Source: an uncultured bacterium
Lineage (GTDB): Bacteria > Fidelibacterota > Marinisomatia > Marinisomatales > UBA1611
Length of the DNA: 64,000 bases
NCBI GenBank assembly: GCA_943788175.1
Contig: CALSPG010000007.1
Location: 288,001-352,000, forward strand
Direction: 5' to 3'
Below are positions 10,301 through 19,004 of this stretch, piece by piece. A program made the position numbers and the translations under genes. The notes under the pieces were generated by a model, which saw only the letters and a program-made list of their open reading frames with translations, ran no database searches and had not been told where the DNA came from. Positions within the stretch are counted from its first letter, which is position 1; each line of letters starts with the position of its first letter.

Positions 10301-10735
10301 ATAGCAGATAAAAGTGGTTTGGACTCTCCTCTGACATTTTCGCTGGTTAACAAATCATTAGAAAAATTGACGACTTCATTAAAGTATAAATTTATTGATA
10401 ACAAATCAGTCCAGATTAATAAAGGCATTGGGAATATTGATTTAGAAATTTTACCTGATAAGTTTAAACTGTTTCAGAATTATCCAAACCCATTTAATGG
10501 CGAAACAGTTATTAAATATGAACTTCCTAAATCAGGAAAAGTTAAAATAAAAATTTATGATTTAGTAGGTAAAGAAGTTTTTTCAGAATCTTATTACAAT
10601 CAAAAACCGGGGATAAAAAAGTTCACTTGGAAGGGGAAGGATAATGGGAAAAATGTTGTCAGCTCTGGAGTTTATTTTTTTCAGATAAGTGCAGGGGAAA
10701 ATATTAAAAGAATGAAAATGATATTATTAAAATAA
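4313..10735 (+). CDS. Large secreted surface protein (2140 aa): Ig-like repeats, LamG domain, FN3-like domains, dockerin-like motif, T9SS-type/FlgD-Ig C-terminal domain
   Basis: Signal peptide; LamG motifs 'FTIELWVKP', 'WTHLAASYDG', 'FNGNIDEVRLW'; C-terminus 'FKLFQNYPNPFN...IYDLVGKEV...WKGKDN...SSGVYF...KMILLK'. Confidence 0.85.
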   Translation: MKKYSFLFLLFSFIQADILFTETFDNSGTWPTDWSFDQYINPETGEVHTSFGQHNWRIDNSFQSDPGFTPPAAVFYYFPRVPLPSDVSIGDIHPAESGNDPQSELETSYELSMQSPDIDVGDNNAVLVEFTIALDYWDNPTAHINGMVIEADGGNGWSEMLKYEVGGVGAGDDFDASLRTETFVVSTETGTLKLRWKAYGTDSYFIDAWIIDNLKVITLPKLSYVHIESDNTTDNQSAVEGDNVTLSFTSEQSLLTLPYVQINGFETTVIPQGGNSYIASYIVSIADADGPLTFSIDFTALDGGIDGATVKTTTENSRVTIDRTPPPPFNVGDIITTQGGNVFSGKWNSTNTGMEIDVTVPEDSAVVDFNYFQGNSISFDGLDDRVVISGNSIYKFSDQFTIELWVKPNSTDSDNYRGLISFGEDGSNQFGYGFAYYATGWRFFIKTQSNSVSQWTSLPYASAPSGQWTHLAASYDGTKLTLYKNGSVADEKVVSGQIAWTANSGDLYIGSFNKAGTDYFFNGNIDEVRLWDTVRTGLQIKGNKGITLEGNENGLVSYWKADESAGTVLNDLTSNQINGNLNGSSFATLNSPINFSTPIYDNTVIIGSKYQLRAKIGSNSFELFDDLQEVTLTDFNSGQKIINGLSINFSNVTGYQHSETAQISALLYDQSGNQSLGDTSVMVLEIDLIANNPTSTNITSNNTNSSYAKTDDIITITMAYDEDIASTSTAIESNNAADTDLGSEQFKADYTLVGTEPEGVLNFTIDALDYMGNPGNYSLTTDGSQVIYDKTLPELTYVNISSNNADTSWAKVNDSISLTFISNEKISLPNVFILGQVASVVDFQNNKFKAIYVPTDSDIEGLATFEIQFSDLAGNDGTPITNSINNTKVTFDKTNPADFIVGLLTPTGGNQVAEIWNLTNTGIDIIVPVSNDTTLKNGTVQLYAKIASNVFTPLGDISTILSSEINTDKTISIPGNLIEGLTGFVEMQTIYIKAIMHDRPGNSTEGSQSITEILIDETPANISPISIISNNNNTSLAKIGDSVTVSFSTSEALIDTVVKIEDQLSIVSGLGSNQFAGVFEMIDANSEGVIPFEISFIDVQGNPFTISDSTTDGTQVIFDKTKPTLNPVSIISDNSCSSGSIAKSGNIVSISYTASESILSSFATVMGDTVSISDLGSSQFKIDYQLNDSNIEGLVEFNIKVTDLAGNISEDVISTSDGSGVDLDLTLPVLDYVHIESNNSYSSIAVLGDLVTLTFEPSEPLSSTTTTMANTTVTASENNGSYSATYIIQDSDMLSGGFLPFTVNFNDCPGNAGIVDSTTSDESFVSIDIGPPEMVSVKIFSSNQDSSWSKIGDSVFVFFVVNEPLKIVGFPSDAIPPYSSLKIGENSVEIINVENTSYQGFYIMTEPDNEGQVPLEVSFYDLGSQAGNDGTPIQATTNNSKVIFDKTSPTITQATFTTNNTYGDSLAKINDIGSINFSLNENLRSVLTQLDSDSISMNGGNQNFSYNYTFSDSNQNGYIALSMLAIDSAGNQSDTIINRVYFDKTAPQLSSILEGSIIEDKVYSRFGDSLQLAWSKVELESGIKRSYIGLGSDSGLVDIVNWIISSNEDQGSLTALNLDNNSKYFGAIFLEDNVGNISNSIWGDGITIDLEVPNVGSVWDGFLDEDIDYTADSNQLFVRWKDFTDNQSIDFYEAAIGSNNDTINIASWQKSTSVDNIQIVGLNLERGVKYFSYLRAVDSASNISSILKSDGLEFDNTPPNIKSIYPLFDSLQVLSVLNNDEIKINFNKPILKFGFTVSASQDSNLNYSTVIQDSGIIISILDILPSYETITVNLDTAIAFNLLNYTDTMVFRSKLWGDLNDDYKISVEDILSFNQNWPKVNTDLGPVSGMAPYLFPSPDGISDLKDLAAFGKMWVWYYHEYNQDSLLSSNISYNYDIHTEWEKNYLKLVVPENTYGAELVFFNSNFKVKDFHINNLKNGSFHFAVSDTDRNLISFVIADKSGLDSPLTFSLVNKSLEKLTTSLKYKFIDNKSVQINKGIGNIDLEILPDKFKLFQNYPNPFNGETVIKYELPKSGKVKIKIYDLVGKEVFSESYYNQKPGIKKFTWKGKDNGKNVVSSGVYFFQISAGENIKRMKMILLK
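4975..8960 (+). repeat. About eight diverged ~100-aa Ig-like protein repeats within the 2140-aa gene
   Basis: Recurring 'L.YV.I.SNN....AK.GD.V.L.F...E.L ... EG...F.I...D.AGN ... T.DGS.V.FDKT.P' (e.g. LSYVHIESDN, LTYVNISSNN, LNPVSIISDN, LDYVHIESNN); boundaries approximate. Confidence 0.75.
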
Positions 10736-10740
10736 TTATA

Positions 10741-12408
10741 TCACATTTTTTCTGGAGCGCTTACACCTAAAATAGAAAGACCTATTGATATAATGATTTT
10801 GGCCCCATTTATAAGCCCCAACCTGGACTGTGATAACTTTTCATTATCAGTTATGACTTTACAATTACCATAAAATTTATGAAAAGAGGATGCTAAGTCT
10901 TGAAGATAAATAGCAATTGTTTGAGGTTCTAAAGTTTCTAGAGCTGTTTCCATCATTGTTGGAAAATTGGACATGAGTTTTAATAATTTAATTTCACTGC
11001 TTTCATTTAGTAAGGTTGTATCAAATTTTTCTGAAAATTTAAACCCTTGATTTTCGCCGTATCTGATGATATTGCAAATCCTTGCGTATGCATATTGTAA
11101 ATAAAAAACAGGGTTTTTATCAGATTGGTCTTTTGCGAGGTTTAAGTCGAAATCTAAATGCGTATTCATGCTTCGCATAATAAAAAAATATCGTATGACA
11201 TCAACGCTCAGTTCATTGACCAAGTCATCTAAGGTAATAAAGTCAGCTTTCCGAGTGGACATCTTTACTTTCTCACCATTTTTTACGAGCGTAACAAATT
11301 GATAAATCAATATCTTGACATGCTCAGTTTTCAAACCTAACGCCCTTAATGCTGATAATACATCTGGATAAGTATCTGTATGATCCGCTCCAAATACATC
11401 TACAATAACATCATATCCTCTTTTTATTTTATCTTTATGGTAGGCAGTATCTGGAAGACGGTAAGTCGGTTCCCCAGTGCTTTTTATATATACTTTATCT
11501 TGTTTTGCACCTACTCCCGTCGCCTTATACCAAGTAGCATCATCTTTTTCATATACTAATCCCTTGCTTTTAAGCTGAGATAAAAGTTTTTTAATTGCAC
11601 CAGATTCGTAAAAAGACTTTTCGTTAGTAAAAGTATCAAATTTAATTCCTAATGAGTTTAGACTGTTTTCAATTTGTCCAAAGATTACTTTTTCCGCTTC
11701 TGCTAAAAATTTTTCATCATTTTTCACCAAGTTTTCACCATGATTATTGGCAATATTCTTAGCTATTTCAATAATATACTCACCTTGATAACCATCATTT
11801 GGGAATTCAAAAGGTTTTTTAACATATTCGAAATAACGAGACTCTACTGACTGCCCTAATGTCCGCATTTGTTTGCCGGCATCATTATAATAGTATTCTC
11901 TAGTTACGTTATAATCATGCCATTCTAAAATATTAGATACTGTGTCTCCTATTACTGCATTTCTTCCATGGCCTACAGTCAAAGGGCCCGTAGGGTTTGC
12001 ACTTACAAATTCAACATTCGCTGATTTCCCTTTTCCTTTAAAATCTTTTCCAAAACTTTCTTTGTCTTTAATAATTAATTTTAAATTATTTTGATAATAA
12101 TTTGGCTTAATAACAAAATTTATAAAACCTGGTTGAGTTGCAGTGATCTCTTCAATATCATTTAAGTTTTGACGAAGCATCCTTTTTTTTATTTCTTCTG
12201 CAATTTTTAGGGGGTTCTTTTGAATTTGTTTAGAAATTAATAATGCAATATTAGAAGAAAGGTCTCCAAATGATTCTTGTTTTGGTGGCGATAGACTAAA
12301 ATCTTCTAATCCTATGTCAATTTTGTAATCAGTTAATGAGATTAGAATATTTTCTTTAATGTACTTGTTAATAGAGCTAATAGTGATGTTCCTTTCTTGG
12401 AGCATCAT
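10741..12408 (-). CDS. argS: Arginine--tRNA ligase
   Basis: 'VEFVSANPTGPLTVGHGR' (HIGH-like), 'KMSTRK', 'YLQYAYARI', terminal 'APEKM'; start uncertain (ATG 12408 or ATT 12381). Confidence 0.97.
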   Translation of the reverse strand: MMLQERNITISSINKYIKENILISLTDYKIDIGLEDFSLSPPKQESFGDLSSNIALLISKQIQKNPLKIAEEIKKRMLRQNLNDIEEITATQPGFINFVIKPNYYQNNLKLIIKDKESFGKDFKGKGKSANVEFVSANPTGPLTVGHGRNAVIGDTVSNILEWHDYNVTREYYYNDAGKQMRTLGQSVESRYFEYVKKPFEFPNDGYQGEYIIEIAKNIANNHGENLVKNDEKFLAEAEKVIFGQIENSLNSLGIKFDTFTNEKSFYESGAIKKLLSQLKSKGLVYEKDDATWYKATGVGAKQDKVYIKSTGEPTYRLPDTAYHKDKIKRGYDVIVDVFGADHTDTYPDVLSALRALGLKTEHVKILIYQFVTLVKNGEKVKMSTRKADFITLDDLVNELSVDVIRYFFIMRSMNTHLDFDLNLAKDQSDKNPVFYLQYAYARICNIIRYGENQGFKFSEKFDTTLLNESSEIKLLKLMSNFPTMMETALETLEPQTIAIYLQDLASSFHKFYGNCKVITDNEKLSQSRLGLINGAKIIISIGLSILGVSAPEKM

Positions 12409-12736
12409 TCCAGAGTTTTTCTAAATTATAATATTCACGCTCTTCGTTTTTAAAAACATGAACAAGTACATCGACATAATCAAGTAAGACCCAAGACAGT
12501 TTTTCATAGCCTTCAATATGCCATGGCTTGTGAGGAGTTCCTCTACGCACACTGTCGCATATAGCTTTTATTTGGGGTTCTGAACTTGCAGAACAAACGA
12601 CAAAATAGTCAGAAAGAGTAGTAAATTCGTAAACATCTAATACCACTAAATTTTCTGCTTTTTTTGCAAGCGCACATTCGACGATTTTGTCAACTAATTC
12701 CGTGGAAGGGTTTTTATTTTTAGTTTTACTAGGCAA
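12377..12736 (-). CDS. rsfS: Ribosome silencing factor (Iojap)
   Basis: 'KKAENLVVLDV...DYFVVCS...WVLLDYVDVLVHVF...REYYNLEKLW'. Confidence 0.95.
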   Translation of the reverse strand: MPSKTKNKNPSTELVDKIVECALAKKAENLVVLDVYEFTTLSDYFVVCSASSEPQIKAICDSVRRGTPHKPWHIEGYEKLSWVLLDYVDVLVHVFKNEEREYYNLEKLWNDAPRKEHHY

Positions 12737-12737
12737 A

Positions 12738-13265
12738 TTAATTTTCAGCAGAGATATAATTATTTAATTCTGCAAAGGAGGCATAGTCTTTTCCTATTAT
12801 AATTGTAACATCGACTCCGATTGATTCGTCAGGAATAATTTTTATTCGAGTACTGTCGCCTAGATAAATTCCAAATGATTCAACTATTTTTTTTAAACTT
12901 TTGATGTTTTCATTCCGTTGAATTATAAGAGTATTTTTGTAGTCATGATTGTCTGCATTATCAGAGTTAATCACATCAATATTTTTTGTTCGTAAAAATT
13001 CTGTTGTTTTGAGAGCTAAGGCTGAAACCCCACAACCATTTAAAACCTCGACTTTGATATTTTCAACTGGGTTTTGAATGTAAACATCTTTCGCAAGAAT
13101 TGGATGCTTGGAAGTATTTAAAATTGATGGCTTAATTTCTACTCCATCATGCAATTGGTTTTGAGAAAATGAATATAGAAACCCAAGAAGAATCACACCT
13201 GAAACGGCTATAGCAGAATTAAGAGCTACCTCAAGCCCATTTATTTTATTTTTATTTTTTGGCAA
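12738..13265 (-). CDS. LytR C-terminal domain membrane protein
   Basis: N-terminal TM helix; 'IKVEVLNGCGVSALA...NAD...VDVTIIIGKDY'; usual neighbour of rsfS. Confidence 0.85.
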   Translation of the reverse strand: MPKNKNKINGLEVALNSAIAVSGVILLGFLYSFSQNQLHDGVEIKPSILNTSKHPILAKDVYIQNPVENIKVEVLNGCGVSALALKTTEFLRTKNIDVINSDNADNHDYKNTLIIQRNENIKSLKKIVESFGIYLGDSTRIKIIPDESIGVDVTIIIGKDYASFAELNNYISAEN

Positions 13266-13270
13266 ACTGT

Positions 13271-13747
13271 TTAATTAGTATGGAAGAAAAGATTATCAAA
13301 AGTATTTCTTTTAAATGAATTATTTCTTAAACCATAGCTAGGCATCTTTTGGAAATTTAAATGGATATATGAGTTATTTGTTGTCTTATAGGTAATTCCA
13401 GCATCTAGTGCTAATTGTGGACCTGATTCTAAATTAAAATTTGTAATTCCTGTGGGTGCATATAGCAATACGTTCGCATTTATTTTAAGATTATCACTTG
13501 CCCAATAAGTGATATTGTTGGAATAACTAGCAATGGTTGTTGCCATTGAACTATTAGATGCCATAGTCATAGAAAATCCTTGGTTAAAACTAAATCTCTT
13601 TGGGCTGAGTAATGGCATTGAGCTATAGTCTAATTGGCCATAAATATTATTTGGTATGTCTCTATTGTTAACATCAGAAAGCAATTGTGCATAAATCGTG
13701 TTTAAATAGAAAAATGTAATTAATGATATATATATATTTCTTTTCAT
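13271..13747 (-). CDS. Hypothetical exported protein
   Basis: 158-aa ORF in operon position; signal peptide ending IYA|Q; beta-strand-like pattern. Confidence 0.6.
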   Translation of the reverse strand: MKRNIYISLITFFYLNTIYAQLLSDVNNRDIPNNIYGQLDYSSMPLLSPKRFSFNQGFSMTMASNSSMATTIASYSNNITYWASDNLKINANVLLYAPTGITNFNLESGPQLALDAGITYKTTNNSYIHLNFQKMPSYGLRNNSFKRNTFDNLFFHTN

Positions 13748-13802
13748 ATAGTATTATAAGTTAACACAAGTATTTTGTTCCAAAAATAACTTAGGTTGAA
13801 TT

Positions 13803-14891
13803 TTACAATATATTTTTATTTCCACGCGTTTCAATAAATCCGCCGCCCAGACAAATAGCCTGATCGTAGAAAACAATAGATTGCCCAGGTGCTACAGCAA
13901 ATTGTGGGTTTTCAAATTCAACGAGTATATCATTCGACCGATAATTAATTTTGCATGAGGTATCCTTTGAGCGGTACCTGATTTTTGCTGTTATATTTTT
14001 AATTTTTTCAGGAGGAGCTCCAGCAATCCAATTAATATTTGAAGCTGTTAGGTGCGTATGATACAATTCTGAGTTATTCTTACCCTGAACAACGACTAAT
14101 TTATTTTCTTCTATTATTTTATCAGATACATACCAAGGCCCTTCGTAATCGCTATATCCACCGCCGATGCCTAAACCCTGTCGCTGTCCATAGGTATAAT
14201 ACATCAACCCTTGGTGTTCTCCAATGACTTGCCCATTATTTTTAACTATTTCTCCAGGTTGAATGCTAAAAAATTTTTTAAGAAAATTTTTAAAATTTCT
14301 TTCTCCAATAAAACAAATGCCGGTACTATCTTTTTTATCATGGTTCATAAAACCAAGTTTTTCTGCTTTTTCTCTGACTAGGTTTTTATCGAGGGCTCCA
14401 ATAGGGAAAATACTTTTTGATAGTTGGTATTGATTTAGTCTACATAAAAAATAGCTTTGGTCCTTATTCTCATCTTGCCCTCGTTTAAGTTGAAAACTCC
14501 CATTTTGATTTGATATTATAGAATAGTGACCTGTCGCAATTTGATCCGCACCAAATTCCTTTGCATAATCTAAAAAAGCTTTAAACTTTATTTCTTTGTT
14601 ACATAATATATCAGGATTTGGAGTGCGGCCAATTTTACACTCATCTAAAAATATTTTAAATACTTTCTCCCAATACTCCTCAATTAAATCAATTGATCTT
14701 AGAGGAATATTTAGCTTGTCACATACTTGTAAAGCATCTTTATAATCTTCAACTGCGGTACAAAATTCTTTATCATCCTCATCCCAGTTTTTCATAAAAA
14801 TAGCCTCAACATTATAACCTTGCTCTATTAGAATTGATGCAGCAATAGCACTATCAACTCCTCCGCTCATTCCTATTACAACATTTTTCAA
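13803..14891 (-). CDS. mnmA: tRNA 2-thiouridine(34) synthase
   Basis: 'GMSGGVDS' PP-loop, 'TPNPDILCNKEIKF', 'ATGHY', 'KDQSYFL', 'DSTGICFIGE'. Confidence 0.97.
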   Translation of the reverse strand: MKNVVIGMSGGVDSAIAASILIEQGYNVEAIFMKNWDEDDKEFCTAVEDYKDALQVCDKLNIPLRSIDLIEEYWEKVFKIFLDECKIGRTPNPDILCNKEIKFKAFLDYAKEFGADQIATGHYSIISNQNGSFQLKRGQDENKDQSYFLCRLNQYQLSKSIFPIGALDKNLVREKAEKLGFMNHDKKDSTGICFIGERNFKNFLKKFFSIQPGEIVKNNGQVIGEHQGLMYYTYGQRQGLGIGGGYSDYEGPWYVSDKIIEENKLVVVQGKNNSELYHTHLTASNINWIAGAPPEKIKNITAKIRYRSKDTSCKINYRSNDILVEFENPQFAVAPGQSIVFYDQAICLGGGFIETRGNKNIL

Positions 14892-15994
14892 TTTAAAATA
14901 TCATTTAATGTTTTAATCAACTGGTCTACTTCTGCAATTGTATTATCTTTTCCAAAACTTATTCGCAATGTTGACAGATTTATTTCATCATCAAGTCCTA
15001 TTGCTTTAAGTACCTTTGAAGGTTTTATAGTACCTGCATTACAAGCAGAGCCATTTGAAACAGCAAAGTTGTATCTATCAAGTTTTGCCATTAAAATATC
15101 GGATTTATATCCAGGAAAAGAGATGCTAATTAATCCAGGTAAATTATTTGTAGTATTGTGTTTAGCGAAAGGCAATGATTGCCTTATGTTTGATAAAAAA
15201 TATTTTTCTAATAATTTTAGTTGGGCTATACACTTTTCTTGATTTTTAACCGCTAGTTCAGCGGCTAAGCCCATGCCAACAATGCCAGCGATGTTCTCAG
15301 TCCCGCCCCGCAACCCGTTTTCTTGATTTCCACCAACAATGAAGGAAGAAAATTTATCTCGATTTTTTACAAATAAAGCACCGACACCTTTTGGACCATA
15401 AAACTTATGTGCTGATAAACTCATATAATCTATGCCAAGCTCGCAAACATCTACATTCATTTTCCCAATTGATTGTACGGCATCTGTATGAAAAGGAACG
15501 TTATATTTATTAATTTGTTTAAAAATTTTTTGAATTGGTTGTATAGAACCAATCTCATTATTGGCAAGCATAATACTAATCAATCCAGTATCATCTCTAA
15601 TTGAATCAAGTAATATTGATGTATTTAGGACTCCTTGTTTATCAACTGGAACCAATGATGATTCAACACCAAACACTTTGAGTTTCTCTAAGACTTTGCT
15701 GATAGCTGGGTGTTCTATAGCTGAAATAATAATGTGTCTATTTTTTTGATTAATTAGAGTCCATAAAACTTGATTGTTCGCTTCTGTCCCACCGCTACAA
15801 AAATAGATTTGACTTCTTTTTGCTCCAATGGCTTCAGCAATTTGAAAACGGGCATGCTCTATAAGAGACTTTGCTTTTCGACCAGATTCATAAACGCTGG
15901 AAGGGTTTGCAAAATGATCTTGATTTATTTCATACATTCTCTGTGAGACTTCTGAATGTATAGGTGTTGTTGAACTGTGATCGAAATAGATCAT
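14888..15994 (-). CDS. iscS: Cysteine desulfurase (IscS/NifS family)
   Basis: 'IYFDHSSTTP', 'SGGTEANN', 'HTDAVQ', PLP lysine 'SAHKFYGPKG', catalytic Cys 'SNGSAC'; overlaps the mnmA start. Confidence 0.9.
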   Translation of the reverse strand: MIYFDHSSTTPIHSEVSQRMYEINQDHFANPSSVYESGRKAKSLIEHARFQIAEAIGAKRSQIYFCSGGTEANNQVLWTLINQKNRHIIISAIEHPAISKVLEKLKVFGVESSLVPVDKQGVLNTSILLDSIRDDTGLISIMLANNEIGSIQPIQKIFKQINKYNVPFHTDAVQSIGKMNVDVCELGIDYMSLSAHKFYGPKGVGALFVKNRDKFSSFIVGGNQENGLRGGTENIAGIVGMGLAAELAVKNQEKCIAQLKLLEKYFLSNIRQSLPFAKHNTTNNLPGLISISFPGYKSDILMAKLDRYNFAVSNGSACNAGTIKPSKVLKAIGLDDEINLSTLRISFGKDNTIAEVDQLIKTLNDILN

Positions 15995-16016
15995 TTTTAA
16001 ATAAGAAGATAGATTT

Positions 16017-16787
16017 CTAGTTATTGCCTATTGAAGCGTATTTAATTGTATTTTTAAGATTGGTGTAAAATGGGGTTCTTCGTTCTTCTAACCGATCCAT
16101 AATTAATTTTTTATCGTATTCAAACCTAACTACATCCCACCTTGTATCATCCCCTACTTCAAGAAAAGCAACAGATCCTCTAGTGTCTTTATCAAATGGA
16201 AGGCCTGTTGCTCCTTGGCAATAAATAGTCATGTTATCTATAATATCATTTCTAGGTATGTGAACGTGACCATGGACGAAAACAAATTTCTCAATATCCT
16301 TATTGGAACTATAAACATTCTTCTTCCAGTTAAGTGCTTCTTCAATCGATGGCGGGTGATCATCTCTTTGGTACCATGCATGGGTAAACTCTATTAATGT
16401 CGAACCAATAATTTCTCTGTGGGAGACTAACATTTTTCTTATGAACTCAATCCCTCTGTCTCCAATTTTTTCAGCAGTCCACTTTTCATTTTCAACAATA
16501 GCTCTACATATTGGGTCATATGGGTTCATCCCTTCAAGGGTAGGAAGTTCCTCTTCCCAGAGTTTTTCAATTATATAACGGTCATGATTGCCACGAATGA
16601 AAATACAATTTTTCAGTGATTCAAGCTTTTCCAGTGTTTTTTCTGGTTCTGGACCGAGAGAAAAACAATCACCCAAGCATATAATTTGATCTATATTATT
16701 TCTGCTATCAATAATGCTCAAAGCATTATCAAGGGCGGAAACATTTGAATGAATATCGGTGATGATTGCAAATGTTTTATTAGCCAT
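16017..16787 (-). CDS. Calcineurin-like metallophosphoesterase
   Basis: DIHSN, LGD, GNHD, HA and GHVH motifs. Confidence 0.9.
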   Translation of the reverse strand: MANKTFAIITDIHSNVSALDNALSIIDSRNNIDQIICLGDCFSLGPEPEKTLEKLESLKNCIFIRGNHDRYIIEKLWEEELPTLEGMNPYDPICRAIVENEKWTAEKIGDRGIEFIRKMLVSHREIIGSTLIEFTHAWYQRDDHPPSIEEALNWKKNVYSSNKDIEKFVFVHGHVHIPRNDIIDNMTIYCQGATGLPFDKDTRGSVAFLEVGDDTRWDVVRFEYDKKLIMDRLEERRTPFYTNLKNTIKYASIGNN

Positions 16788-16911
16788 ATATTTTAAAAGT
16801 TATTTTAGAAGTAGACATCGTTACAAGTTATATTTTAATTTAGATTTTTACTCTTTTTTAAAGAGATAATTTAAATATTATAAATCAAAACAGTTAAAGT
16901 GAAAAAATATA

Positions 16912-17793
16912 ATGAATGAAATAAATGAAGTTCTTATTTTGGGCTCAATTGCTCTTGATACAATTGAGACCAAATTTGGTAAAAAGGAAGACCTTTTGGG
17001 TGGCTCAGCAACGTATGCTACAATTGGAGCGGGGTTCTACGGGAGTCCTATTCCTATTGGCATCGTAGGGGATGATTTTCCTGAGAAAGGGGATGAAATA
17101 TTTAATAATTTTTCTTCAAATCTTGAAAATATTGAAAAAAAACAGGGGAAAACATTTAGTTGGGGTGGTAAATATCATAATAACGGAGATGATAGAGATA
17201 CTCTATTTACCGATTTAGGTGTTTTTGAGAGTTTTGAGCCAGTTTTACATTCTAAAAATGTAAAAGCTTCTTGGGTGTTTTTAGCAAATATTCATCCTTC
17301 TCTACAGCTTAGTGTCCTTAATCAGTGCAAAAATAACCCTACAGTTATTACAGATACAATGAACCTGTGGATTGATACGACCTTACAAGAACTCAAAAAA
17401 ATAATTAAAAGGACAGATATATTGCTTATAAATGAAAGTGAACTTTCTCTGCTCACAAAGAACGAAAACATACAAGAATCTTCAAAACAGATTCTTTCAA
17501 TGGGCCCACAAAAGATTGTTGTTAAGCTTGGAAGTAAAGGTGCTAGGTGTATATCCAAAAATGAAGATATATCTGTGGGTGTTTATCCTGTAAAAGATGT
17601 AGTAGATCCCACTGGAGCTGGAGATGTTTTTGGCGGTGGATTTGTTTCTGGACTCATTGATAAGCTTTCAACTTCCGAATCAATGTTAAGAGGTTCTGCG
17701 CTTGCTTCTTTTTGTATCGAAGAATTTGGAGTGAGTAAGCTAATTAACATTAATAAAAATGATGTAGAAAAAAGGATGGAGTCGATTAAGTAA
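16912..17793 (+). CDS. PfkB family carbohydrate/nucleoside kinase
   Basis: 'GSIALDTIET...LGGSA', 'DTMNLWI', 'DPTGAGDVFGGG' PfkB signature. Confidence 0.92.
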   Translation: MNEINEVLILGSIALDTIETKFGKKEDLLGGSATYATIGAGFYGSPIPIGIVGDDFPEKGDEIFNNFSSNLENIEKKQGKTFSWGGKYHNNGDDRDTLFTDLGVFESFEPVLHSKNVKASWVFLANIHPSLQLSVLNQCKNNPTVITDTMNLWIDTTLQELKKIIKRTDILLINESELSLLTKNENIQESSKQILSMGPQKIVVKLGSKGARCISKNEDISVGVYPVKDVVDPTGAGDVFGGGFVSGLIDKLSTSESMLRGSALASFCIEEFGVSKLININKNDVEKRMESIK

Positions 17794-17876
17794 TAATTTA
17801 TTGATTTACTTTTTCATGTGGTATAAAACCAATTAATTTTTAAGATAATTATAAAAAAACGAAGAGGATACTTATT

Positions 17877-18995
17877 ATGTTCAATTGGTACAGAACAAAA
17901 TTAAAATTTACAGTTTTAACTGCGGCAGGGTTGTTTTTATTTGCTTGTTCAAGTCAAGAATACACTACAGCAAAATTAGCTATACAACAATCCGAGTGGT
18001 CTAAAGCAGATGAATGGCTTCCCAAAGCCATGGCTGTAGAACCTGATAACCCAGAAATACCTATTGTTTATGCTATTGAGGTTCATGCAAGGAATAAAGA
18101 TTGGAAAGAAATGTATGATATGTTTCAGAAAGCTATTTCGATAGATCCTAACAAAAAAGTTGAAATTCGAACTATTTTTCTCCCCGTTTCTGAGCAAGTG
18201 AATAACTACACCCAATTTTATTGGGCAGAGCAATTCAACAAAGGTGTTGAAAAATTTAAAGAAATACAATCTGATCCAGATAATAAAAGTAAGTACTTAA
18301 ATGAAGCTATTACATATTTCACTAATGCGTCTATTATTAACCCCAAAGATCCGCAAACATATACAACTCTTTCAAAATGTTATTTAGACTTAGATGATAA
18401 GGGAAAAGCGATTGGTTTTATAAAAACTGCAGTAGAAAAAGATCCAGAAAGTTTTAGTTCAAACTTTACAGCCGGTCAAATTCTTTTGAGATGCGGTTTA
18501 GGGAGTAAGGCAGTCATTCCTTATTACAAAAAGGCAGTCCAGATAGAGCCCTCAAATAGTAACGCATTAAGAGAATTAGCATCTATGTATTATGACATAG
18601 GGGAAAAAGAACAATCTATTAAAGTCTTTAAGGATGCTATTAAAAATGAACAAGATAAGGTCATTAAAGCTGACTTATTTTTTAATTTAGGAGTCATTCA
18701 CAACCAAATGGAAAATTATGAAGAGGCTGAGAAAGCCTTTGATGAAGCTTATTATTTAAACGAAGACGACTTTGAAGCTGCTTTAGGTATGGCCAGTTCA
18801 TATGAAGGGTTGGGCGATAAATATTTTAATGGTACTGATGGTTTTACAAAAGATTTTGAATTAGCTGTTCGCTGGTACAGAAAAGCAGAAAAAAAAATAA
18901 AAGATGTAAAGAGTATTGATTTTGAAAACGAATCTGAATATCAAAGACAATTAGAATTGATTAGGTATAAACGGGACATAGCTGAACAAAACTAA
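17877..18995 (+). CDS. Tetratricopeptide-repeat lipoprotein
   Basis: GAGG RBS; lipobox LFA-C; TPR helices such as 'FNLGVIHNQMENYEEAEKAFDEA'. Confidence 0.8.
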   Translation: MFNWYRTKLKFTVLTAAGLFLFACSSQEYTTAKLAIQQSEWSKADEWLPKAMAVEPDNPEIPIVYAIEVHARNKDWKEMYDMFQKAISIDPNKKVEIRTIFLPVSEQVNNYTQFYWAEQFNKGVEKFKEIQSDPDNKSKYLNEAITYFTNASIINPKDPQTYTTLSKCYLDLDDKGKAIGFIKTAVEKDPESFSSNFTAGQILLRCGLGSKAVIPYYKKAVQIEPSNSNALRELASMYYDIGEKEQSIKVFKDAIKNEQDKVIKADLFFNLGVIHNQMENYEEAEKAFDEAYYLNEDDFEAALGMASSYEGLGDKYFNGTDGFTKDFELAVRWYRKAEKKIKDVKSIDFENESEYQRQLELIRYKRDIAEQN

Positions 18996-19004
18996 TAAAG
19001 AGAA

